Assembly: GCF_006345805.1 (NCBI RefSeq)
Contig: NW_021832724.1
Coordinates: 1-33,461 of the forward strand
Direction: 5' to 3'
DNA length: 33,461 bases
Source: Octopus sinensis
Lineage: Eukaryota
This document shows, piece by piece, positions 1 through 9,257 of this stretch. A program made the translations under genes and the position numbers. Numbering within the stretch: the first letter of the stretch is position 1; each line of letters begins with the position of its first letter. The notes below the pieces were generated by a model, which ran no database searches, was not told where the DNA came from, and saw only the letters and a program-made list of their open reading frames with translations.

Positions 1-135
1 GTTCTGAGTTCAAATCTCGCCGAGGTCGATTTTGCCTTTCATCCTTTCAGGGTCGATTAAATAAGTACCAGTTTTAAGTACCAGAAGTGTTTGTTCCTTC
101 TATGTTTATTCCCCTGTGAGCAATAAAGAAATGAG
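1..135 (+). mobile_element. tRNA-derived SINE family A, 5' part outside window
   Basis: GTTCTGAGTTCAAAT (B-box-like)...GCCGAGGTCGA...CCTTTCATCCTTTC...GGTCGAT...AAGTACCAG matches the fuller copies at 19637-19868 and 20337-20565. Confidence 0.85.
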
Positions 136-235
136 AAACTAAAAGGAGCTTGTCGTATTTATATATGTACATAATCTAGATAATAGGACAAAGAAAGAGC
201 TTAGCACGTCAGTAATGACCACCAACAAACCTTTT

Positions 236-430
236 CGGAGACGCGTGGTTCAATGATTTAAGTGTTGGATTCGTGTTGTGTTCTCGAGCAAACACTTCAT
301 TTCACGTTGCTCCAGTCCACTCAGCTGGCAAAAATGTGAAATTCTATGATAAACCGGTGTCCTGACCAAGAGGGTAATATATACGCCATGCAAACTGGGA
401 AAACAGCATTTATAAGTCCGTATGGCTCAT
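236..430 (+). mobile_element. SINE family D, diverged copy with deletion in the tRNA-like head
   Basis: GTTGTGTTCTCGAGCAAACACTTCATTTCACGTTGCTCCAGTCCACTCAGCTGGCAAAAATG matches the reverse complement of the D copies at 4481-4985. Confidence 0.8.
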
Positions 431-765
431 CTTTTCGATGCCACTCAGTTGTCAATGCTATTGCACGCAAAAGCTCTCTGTGAAAAATTACATAATATTC
501 ACTGTTTTAAATATTAAAGTACCACTTCATCAGACTTGCGTCAAATGGTTCTCTCTTGCATTGTGTATTTCACAAGATTCTACTTCAAAGGAGTAAATAG
601 TCTCGTGCTTCTCAACAAGGGAAATAGTCTTCCAGGACATCAATACACATATATTTATATATCTGTGTGCGCGTGGTTTTGTGCTTGTGTTCATCCCTGG
701 TTTTGTCTTGTTTATGTCCGCCTAACGTTGGACAAAGTATGATACAATAAGTACGAGGTTTAGGA

Positions 766-857
766 GATAAGTACTAGAGTGGATTCGTTCGACTAAACAC
801 TTGAAGACTTGCACCAGCATGGCCGCAGTCTTATAACAGAAACAAATAAAAGATAAG
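766..857 (+). mobile_element. SINE family B 3' tail fragment
   Basis: ATAAGTACT...TTCGACTAAA...CCAGCATGGCCGCAGTC...GAAACAAATAAAAGA matches the 3' end of B copies such as 3262-3663. Confidence 0.7.
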
Positions 858-865
858 AAGATGAA

Positions 866-869
<4 letters not shown>

Positions 870-908
<39 letters not shown>

Positions 909-1345
909 CATACATACATACATAGATATATATATATATGAATTCGTATTGTTCTTATATAAATGTGTGAGGGTGTATACAAAGATAGAGATAGAGATAG
1001 AGAGAGGGAGAGAGATAGAGTAAGAGGTGGAAGAAAGGTCGAAAGGTAGAAAGAGAGAGAGACAGAGGGAGTGATAGAGAAAGGGTTGCGTGCGTGTATA
1101 CATACACACACACACACAAACATACACACACACACACACATACACACATATATTATATATATATACACACATACATGTGTGTGTGACTGTGTGTGCTTGT
1201 GTGTGTGTATGTGCATGTTTATGTGTGTATGTGAATATATTCGTCCAGAACACATCCTCACGCACACACACACTCACATACACATATTTATATTTATACA
1301 TATGTATGTATATATGAACACACACACATATATATATATATATGC
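870..1345. repeat. Compound (TA)n/(GA)n/(CA)n/(TG)n microsatellite
   Basis: Directly visible dinucleotide runs; source of the overlapping low-complexity ORFs. Confidence 0.95.
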
Positions 1346-1883
1346 AAGAACTCATGTGTTTTCCTCTCTCCAACCTCTACGGCTCTCATTCACACACGTG
1401 TGCTCACACTCTTCATATTTCTTTCTCCCTCTCTCTCTCCTATCACTCTATTGCTTTCGGCGACATGCTCTTCCTATCTTTTACTCTGTATATATTTAAT
1501 TTCATTTTCAATGTCACTGTTAATTTCATACAAAGGAAAAAAAAATGCATTTCGTTTTTTTTATATATTTCTGGAAGTCGTTTCTTTCCTTCAGTATCTC
1601 TTTCCCACACACCCTCTCCCCCCATCTCTCTCTCTCTCTCTACGTATGTCCGGTAAAAACGGATATATTCCTGTTCACATCTCATTCTCATTTTATTGTC
1701 TGTGTGTCTGTGTGTCACGCCTTCTCACCTTCTCACCTGCGTTTATTTATAGTGGAAATAGTCTTGTTTCAGGTGAGTTTTCTCTCGCTGACTCTTGCTG
1801 ACACGCCTGGATGTGGAAACTGAGAATAACTTCTACAATGGAATTTCTTCCATCGCCTACTCACCCCCTTTTAATCCTCGTTT

Positions 1884-2417
1884 TATGTATGTATGTATGC
1901 ATGTATGTATGCATGTATGTATGTATGTATGTATGTACGTATGTATGTATGTATGTATGTATGTATGTATGTATTTGTGTGTGTGTATGTATGTATGTAT
2001 GTATGTATGTATGTATGTATGTATGTACGTACGTACGTATGTATGTATGTATGTATGTATGTATGTACGTATGTATGTATGTATGCATGCATGTATGTAT
2101 GTATGTATGTATGCATGCATGTATGTATGTACGTATGTATGTATGTATGTATGTATGTATGTATGTATGTATGTATGTATGTATGTATGTATGTATGCAT
2201 GCATGTATGTATGTACGTATGTATGTAGTATGTATGTATGTATGTATGCATGCATGTATGTATGTTCGTATGTATGTATGTATGTATGTATGTATGTATG
2301 TATGTGTGTATGTATGTATGCATGTATGTATGTATGTATGTTAGTATGCATGTATGTATGTATGTATGTATGTATGTATGTATGTATGTATGAATGAATG
2401 TAAGTATGTATGTATGC
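1884..2417. repeat. Long imperfect (TATG)n tetranucleotide microsatellite
   Basis: About 530 bp of TATG with CATG/TACG variants; produces the MYVC and HTYI pseudo-ORFs. Confidence 0.98.
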
Positions 2418-2460
2418 ATCTATCTATCTTTGTATATGTACGTTCACACATATATATGTA

Positions 2461-2550
2461 TATATGTATCTACATACATATAAATGTATGTATATATGTA
2501 TCTACATACATATAAATGTATATATGTATCTACATACATATAAATGTATG
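2461..2550. repeat. Three-copy ~30-bp minisatellite
   Basis: TATATGTATCTACATACATATAAATGTA occurs three times in tandem. Confidence 0.9.
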
Positions 2551-3261
2551 AACGTACATACGTATATATATACATATATATGTATAAACGTCCTTATACA
2601 ACGACAGATAGATAGATAGATAGATAGATAGAACGTACATATATGTGAGAGAGAGAGAGAAGGAGAGAGAGAGAAGGAGAGAGAGAGAAGGGGAAAATGG
2701 TTTATTGCCTCACCGGAAGGAGAATAGGAGAGTTGGTTTGGTGGTGGTGCTGGAGGGGGTAAAAATGATCCTGAATCTTGGTACGAATTGTAGTTCTAAA
2801 TTTTATTTTGTTCAAAGTTTTTAAAATACCATACCGGTTTCTATAATTTTTTGTTTTCCTAACCACGTGTGTTTGTGTATGTTAGTTTGTGTGTAGGCGT
2901 ATATGCCTGCCTGCATATATAAATGCATATTTCAAAAGTAACACTACACAGCGTTAGCAGGAATTCAGCTAAAACATACATATAAGCACGTTATGTTTTT
3001 CTTCTTAGTAAATACTCATATTTAGCGTAGCTGCATAATGTACATATTGTGATCAAACCTCGTTGTTCTCTGAGCCCCCAAATAAACAAATGAATAGATA
3101 CATAGATAATAGTTAAATAATAGATAATTAAATGTGAATTGTGTCAACTTGTATAACAATTTTATCAGAGATCACTGTGTCATTTCAGTGTTCAGTCAGA
3201 ATAGCAGCATGTATAATTTTGATCTGAATAAAATGTAAAATATTTAAGAAAAATGTTTCAA

Positions 3262-3663
3262 CAGGTGTGGTTATGCGATAAGAAGCTTGCTTCTCAACTA
3301 CAAGGTTCTGGGTTCAATCCCACTGCGTGGCACCTTGGGCAAATGTAGCCTCTACTGTAGCCTCGAGCCGATCAAAGCCTTGTGAGGGGATTTGGTGGAC
3401 GGAAACTGAAAGAAGCCCGTCGTATATACATATATGTACGTGTGTGTATGTGTCTGTGTGTGTTACCCCGCCATCGCTTGACAACCGAGGTTGGCGTGTT
3501 TACGTTGCTGTAACTTAGCGGTTCGGCAAAATCGACCGATAGAATAAAAACTAGGCTTTAAAAACTTAAATCCTGGGGTCAATTTGTTCGACTAAATCCT
3601 TTCAAAGCGATGCTCCAGCATAGCCGCAGTCTAATGACTGAAACAAGTAAATAAATAAAAGAA
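3262..3663 (+). mobile_element. tRNA-derived SINE family B (CORE-SINE-like), near full length
   Basis: Head with GGTTCAATCCC B-box; GCACCTTGGGCAA resembles the CORE motif GACCTTGGGCAAG; internal (TA)/(TG) tract after GCCCGTCGTA; tail CCAGCATAGCCGCAGTC...GACTGAAACAAGTAAA. No TSD seen. Confidence 0.9.
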
Positions 3664-3758
3664 TTATATTTATTCATATTGTTCTCATCATCTCGTTTAT
3701 CGATCTCTTTTGTGGACAACTGCACAGAAATGCATTCTTGTAGTATGAGAAATAACTT

Positions 3759-4122
3759 TTATTACCTCCGCCTTAGCGAAGGTTGAGATATTGTTTTCCA
3801 TCGTGTTTGTTTGTTTGTCTGTGGACAAGATATCTCAAGAACCGCTGGATGGATTCGAATGAAACTTCAGGGATGTCTGGCTTCGTGACTGGCACGAACT
3901 AGATATGGGGATCGACCCGGCAGCGAACAAGGATTCTGGATTATTTTTCCGTGCCTTTTACTTAATTTTTGAGAGAGGTCGGGTTCATTTATAGTATTCT
4001 CCTTTGCGAGAGCAGTCGAGTTTATTTCAGATATTCTCATTTTAAAAATCATCTCCGGCTAATCGTTGAGATGCTGTTGGTGTTGCTTTAGTGGAGGTTT
4101 GTGCTTTCTGAGTGCTCTTGTT
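3759..4122 (+). mobile_element. Non-autonomous Helentron-associated element (HINE/DINE-1-like)
   Basis: 5' TACCTCCGCC (3763-3772) with a degenerate inverted partner at 3781-3790; (GTTT)3GTCT at about 3805-3822; 3' GTGGAGGT (4091-4098) followed by a short hairpin-like GTGCTTTCTGAGTGC; T-runs at both ends. Confidence 0.75.
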
Positions 4123-4131
4123 TTATATCTT

Positions 4132-4447
4132 TTACTTGTTTCAGTCTTTTGGCACTGATTTGAAAGGTTCAGTCGAACTAATCGACACCTGAATTAATTT
4201 ATCTTTTGCCAAACCACGAGACCACCAGGAAGTAAAACAAGCCACCTGCTATCAGCAATAACAGGGGTCAAACACAATAAGACACACATATACACAATCA
4301 GTGCTTTTTAGTTTCGACTACCAAATTCACGAACAAGTCTTTGGTAGGCCAGGAGCTACAGAAACAGTCACTTGCCCAACGTGGTATGCAATGGTAATGA
4401 GCCCGGAATCATATGGGTTCGAAACAAATTTCTTAGCATACAGTCAC
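4132..4447 (-). mobile_element. SINE family B, old diverged copy
   Basis: TACTTGTTTCAGTC at the low end and CACTTGCCCAA...CCCGGAATCATATGG at the high end correspond to the reverse-complement B tail and head. Confidence 0.7.
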
Positions 4448-4480
4448 GTCTGATAAAATATACTATATATATCCAAATAT

Positions 4481-4737
4481 TTTTTTTATTCGCCCTTTTA
4501 AAATCTAGCCAGGCTCCTGGGCCCGGTTTCCCGGTTTCAATGGCGTATGTGTCCCCTCGCTGGACGGGACGCCAGTCCATCGCAGCGTTACTCATTTTTG
4601 CCAGCTGAGTGGACTGGAGCAACATGAAATGAAGTGTTTTGCTCAAGAACACAACGCATCGCCAGGTCCAGGAATCGAAACTACAATCTTACGATCATGA
4701 TGCTGACACCCTAACCACTAAGCCACGCGCCTTCACT
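4481..4737 (-). mobile_element. SINE family D, downstream monomer of a tandem dimer
   Basis: Minus strand reads GTGAAGGCGCGTGGCTTAGTGG (A-box)...GTTTCGATTCC (B-box)...TTCTTGAGCAAAACACTT...GCGATGGACTGGCGTCCCGTCCAG...GAAACCGGGAAACCGG...A-rich end. Confidence 0.92.
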
Positions 4738-4985
4738 TGCGCCCTTTTAAAGCCTAGCAAGGCTCAAGAGCCCAGTTTCCCGGTTTCAATGACCTATGTG
4801 TTCCCCAGCTGGATGGAACGCCAGTCCATCGCAGCGTTACTCATTTTTACCAGCTGAGTGGACTGGAGCAACGTGAAATGAAGTGCTTTGCTCAAGAACA
4901 CAACGCGTCGCCCGGTCCAGGAATCGAAACCACAATTATACAATCATGATGCTGACACCCTAGCCACTAAGCCACGCGCCTCCAC
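4738..4985 (-). mobile_element. SINE family D, upstream monomer of a tandem dimer
   Basis: Same architecture at a 249-bp period; about 10% divergent from the other monomer by manual count. Confidence 0.92.
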
Positions 4986-5212
4986 ATATCAAAATATCTA
5001 AAAATGAAAAGATACATGGATACATTGATGTACATATGCTTTAATGTACATGTATATGCCCACTTTGTAGTAATATTTATTTCCAAATTGTACGCCAATA
5101 TTATTTTGAAGTTATCTAGCTGAAATATTACGTAGTTATATCATTACAAAGAGGAGATAACTTACGTTACTTCTTTTGATGGCATCTGTAAAACAGGAGA
5201 AGAAAGGATAAT

Positions 5213-5432
5213 CCTTTCTCCTGAAGGTACAAGGCCTTGAAAATTGTGGAGAGGGGACTAGTCGATTAGATCGACCCCAGTGTTTCACTGGTACTTAATT
5301 TATCGACCTGAAAAGATAAAAGGCAAAGACGACCGCGGCGGAATTTGAACTTAGAACGTAGCGGCAGGCGAAATACTGCAAAGCATTTCGTCCGGCGTGC
5401 TAACGATTCTGCCATTTTGCTGCCTTTAGGAT
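5213..5432 (-). mobile_element. SINE family A (tail variant A2) with 13-bp TSD
   Basis: Family A body on the minus strand; identical AAGAAAGGATAAT at 5200-5212 and 5433-5445. Confidence 0.9.
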
Positions 5433-5442
5433 AAGAAAGGAT

Positions 5443-5650
5443 AATGCTGCTATCTTGAGTATTGGGGCGATGGTGCAGAAGCGCAGGTTACGTTGGACTG
5501 GACATCTTATTAGAATGGAGGATAGCAGGATCCCTAAACAGATGCTATATGGGGAACTAGTTAGTAAGAGACCCTGGCAGAAACCAAAGCTGCGATTAAA
5601 GGAATGTGTCAAGTCCTCATTAAAGGCCTGTGATATGTAGGAGACCGACA
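5443..5650 (+). pseudogene. RTE-clade LINE ORF fragment, C-terminal to the RT core
   Basis: Translates SIGAMVQKRRLRWTGHLIRMEDSRIPKQMLYGEL...KPKLRLKECVKSSLKACDM, matching the RTE motif R-L-R-W-x-G-H-x-x-R-M-x-D-x-R-x-P-K-Q-x-L-Y-G-E-L. Confidence 0.85.
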
Positions 5651-5659
5651 TAAAGTATA

Positions 5660-5684
5660 AATACATACATACATACATACATAC

Positions 5685-5715
<31 letters not shown>

Positions 5716-5740
5716 CATACATACATACATACATACATAC
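5660..5740. repeat. (TACA)n microsatellite
   Basis: Directly visible; a second (TACA)/(TACG) tract lies at about 6069-6170. Confidence 0.97.
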
Positions 5741-6068
5741 ATTATTATTATGGCTGCCCCCTCGTTATCGAGTATGGCCATTGCACGAAGCTTAACTGTT
5801 ATTGGTGCTATGATCGAATGTGACTTTTTAGCCCAGCTAAAGATCTACAACGTCTTGTACAGAATTGGCAGCTAAAAACCTTTACCGGTAATAGCCGGCT
5901 GCAGTTGTAACTGGGCTCCATGTACCTTTGCATGTCGTTTAAGTCCTCCTGCCGAATTAAACTCTCTTCCACATGCCCGACAGATATGATTAGTATGGTG
6001 TGTTACACCACCACCAGTGGCCAAGTTGTCACTCATTTGTCTCGCGTTATGACTACGAAGATGACTAA
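5741..6068 (-). mobile_element. RTE-like LINE 3' end with tandem C2H2 zinc fingers and (TAA)n tail, copy 1
   Basis: Minus strand: ISHLRSH...HICRACGREFNSAGGLKRHAKVH...ITGKGF, then after a +1 frameshift SCQFCTRRCRSLAGLKSHIRS*HQ*; short 3' UTR ending GGGGCAGCCATAATAATAAT. A second copy lies at 29316-29537. Confidence 0.75.
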
Positions 6069-6531
6069 TATATATATATATACATACATACGTACATACG
6101 TACATACATACATACGTACATACGTACATACGTACATATAAACATACATACATACATACATACATACAAATGTAAATAAATGTGTGTCTGTATTACACAC
6201 ACATGTCTGCCGGAATACGGCTGTCTTTCGCTTAATTCAAATATTTTCCTTCTATTTTACCCTCACAGCTAGCACGAACATATTCACCCCACCTCCACTG
6301 CTACCCATAAATATAAGCGTTTTCTTGATAACTTTCATATAATATTTCAACATACACTTAAATAAGAGATAATTTAAGAGGAAACACGCTCATATTACCA
6401 ACAGAAAGACCGGAAACGAGAAAACGTGAAATTTAGAGTATAGCAAATAATGATCATTTAAAATTTTAAGTTTTTAAAGAATGCTCTACGTTTACATATT
6501 GAGTTATGTATTTCATCGCTTTTTGGTAAAC

Positions 6532-6616
<85 letters not shown>
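6532..6616. repeat. (CTAT)n microsatellite
   Basis: Perfect tetranucleotide run. Confidence 0.98.
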
Positions 6617-8244
6617 ACGCGCAATCCTGAACCGGTCTATCTACGACAAATTCCACCTAATGCGACACATCATCAGAGAGGTCAGGGATTAAAGCTAGCA
6701 TGCTTGGGGCTCTGATCGATTCGGATCAATCAAAAGCGTTCGATATAGTTGACCTTGGCTACTTGGAAACCGTACGGAAAGCAGCCGGTTTCGGACCCGT
6801 TGCTAGACGCTGGATCACTGAAATATACAGTGGCTCCTGCTCGGTGGTCAAAGTTAACACCGCTACCGATCCGAACCGTTTCGCAAGTTTGAACAGTTGA
6901 AGAGCATCCCTTTCGATGTGCCGCGGTATGCGGGAGACTTTACCATCATAATGTCTGATGCCTCCGCAGTGGAGACGATTGGTACCATTCCAAAGGAATT
7001 CGAGTCGGTTGCAGGGGTCAAAATCAAGGAATGACGGACTAGTTGAACTACTCGGGGGTCTGGTTCGCTCGCTACATCCAGGTGGATAAGAACTGAAACG
7101 AAGTGACGAACTGAATGGCCAATCTTACCCAGAAATAGGCATGGAGAAAGCTGTCGTTGAAATGTCGAGCAGGGGTGGTGAATGCCTACATCGCCTCAGC
7201 CATCATATAACACCTGACCATCCTGCCCCGCCCCAGTTACAGCTTATGGATGCGCTCCAATCGTTAGGCGGTCAGTCTGCTGCGAGCAGTACCTCTATAG
7301 GCGTCTCAGACACGCCGCTTCTTCTGATGAGCAGATACGCGCGCGGGTTGCACCACCTGCAACAGCTTCTGGACGGTTTGCGCGTGTGGGCTCCATTTGT
7401 GAGGCACACTTTTCAGCAGCTTGTCTTCTTGACGGAGCTGCATTCTTGAATCAAGGAAAGACCGATAAATGGTGCTGAAGAACAAGAATGTCGGCAGGCG
7501 CCCACAGCCTTCTACAAGTCGAGCAGTTAGAGCGATGGACGTTCCACTTTCGCAATACATAGAGGATTAGTGGCGAGGATGTGCAATGACATTCTCGGGG
7601 ACACGCTGGGCATCGATGAAAACGAATTGGCAAGTCTGCTCTGGGGGCCTTCCCATCGGGGACTACCATGGATAATTGGCAGTGCTACGCAGAGACGCTA
7701 CGGGTGAGATAAATTCTATAGGTAGAGATGTGCCGTCAGATGTTCTTGTCCAAGTTGCCTGAAGAGCGACGAAACTGTTCTGCACGCACTCTTATAGTGT
7801 GTGGGCATTGTTACCTTGTGGTGTTATGTCGAACAGCTTCTAACTCATGTGGGACGGATCCGTCTGTCGGCCGAGTTTATAGTGATGATTGCCCTGCCGG
7901 CTTCCTTTAATCGGGCAGGTAAGGCAGTTTTCTTTTGTTTAGTGGCTGTGGCAAAAGAAGTTGTTTGGTGGAGGAGGTTAAATCGCATGAAGATTGAGAC
8001 ATTCCGGTTTCGTAAGAGCCCTCAACAACTTTTTAAAGTTGCAATTATAAAAACGAAAGTAAGGATGGAGAGGGAAGTGCTGTCATCGCGTGAAATTTAT
8101 TGAAAGGTAGGTGAAATTTGCGAAACGTTGAGTAAATGGTGCCACCTTAAATATAGATCTGTGAGGCGGATGGACAACGAAACTGGAAAGAGCACTTGGC
8201 CTTGGTTTTCAGAGAGATCTTGGAAGGTGGGATTCCTCCTCCAC
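6617..8244 (+). pseudogene. Decayed Tx1/L1-clade LINE ORF2 (RT to C-terminal zinc knuckle), 5'-truncated
   Basis: Across stops and frameshifts: RSIYDKFHLMRHII; GALIDSDQSKAFDIVD...GFGP...WITEIYSG (RT motif); EFESVAGVKI; WRKLSLKCRAGVVNAYIAS; CPSCLKSDETVLHALL*C (CCHC knuckle, 7747-7800); LVAVAKEVVWW. The 3' boundary is approximate. Confidence 0.85.
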
Positions 8245-8317
8245 CTCATCATCCCATCATCATCATCATGACCACCACCACCCCACCATCATCTGGCCTT
8301 GTGCCAAAATTTGAAAC

Positions 8318-8361
<44 letters not shown>

Positions 8362-8431
8362 ATTATTATTGAGTGAGAGAGCAGTTCATGCCATCAAATA
8401 TTATTATTATTATTAATATATGTATATTATT

Positions 8432-8498
<67 letters not shown>

Positions 8499-8809
8499 GA
8501 TTATTATTATTATTATATGTGGTTTTGTTGTTGTTGTTGTGTTGGTTTGTTGTTGTTGCTGTTGTTTAATTGTATACGTTTTTTGTTGTGCCGATTTCTG
8601 TGGTTTTCTGGTCTGTTTTTTTTTGTTTTTGTTTTTTATTACATTCTTCCTTATACCATTGTTTCCTACTATCATCAACACCAACAACAACTCCACCTTT
8701 ACCTGCATCGCACCCGCCACCAACATCGCCATCACCACCGTTTCCACCTCCTCAGCTCCGCCACCAACACCACCATCATCATACTATTACCACCACCACC
8801 ACCACCACC

Positions 8810-8841
<32 letters not shown>

Positions 8842-8870
8842 CAACAACACCACCACCACCACCTCTACCA
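8245..8870. repeat. Trinucleotide microsatellite patchwork (CAT/CAC/TAT/TGT/CAA)n
   Basis: Directly visible; source of the 256-aa low-complexity ORF. Confidence 0.95.
8293..8330 (+). mobile_element. Isolated SINE A3-type tail running into (TAT)n
   Basis: CTGGCCTTGTGCCAAAATTTGAAAC matches the reverse complement of 15686-15710. Confidence 0.7.
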
Positions 8871-9192
8871 AGAAGTAGCAACGATTACATTATTATGCCT
8901 AATGTAGCAATGGCTAACATCCACCCTGTTAGAAACAACAGTCAAATCTCACATAATTTACATAGTTGTCATAGTTGTATGTATATATACGGGATGCTCA
9001 CTACTGGAACTCTTCTGATTATATGTGTGACAGAATACGGGTCCCTTGGTTATAAACATAACCACTGTAAAGTCAATGCTATCACATCTACGAAACAAAA
9101 GTTGGGGAGGCATAACAAACTTCTTCTTTCTTACCCTCGATAGAACATTCTACCATCCGGAAAACAAAGTATATTAACGGGTAAAGAAAAAC

Positions 9193-9257
<65 letters not shown>

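Noticed and set aside
722-2619. Stack of 60-200 aa ORFs (MYVC, HTYI, CVCV repeats)
   Set aside because: Translations of (TATG)n, (CA)n and (TA)n microsatellites in several frames; no domain signal. The same applies to the ORFs at 9445-14109, 27748-28216 and 31643-33190.
4660-4737. tRNA-like heads with A and B boxes (also at 4908-4985, 23906-23980 and family A/B heads)
   Set aside because: They are fused to SINE bodies and tails and lack a complete cloverleaf, so they are not called as tRNA genes.
6700-8103. ORFs 6700-6900, 7141-7449 and 7801-8103 as exons of a host gene
   Set aside because: They are collinear pieces of one decayed Tx1/L1 ORF2 separated by stops and frameshifts, not by introns.
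8373-9143. Longest ORF in the track (256 aa; poly-S/Y/C/P/T)
   Set aside because: Encoded largely by trinucleotide microsatellites that lack stops by chance; other frames are also open; no homologous motif.
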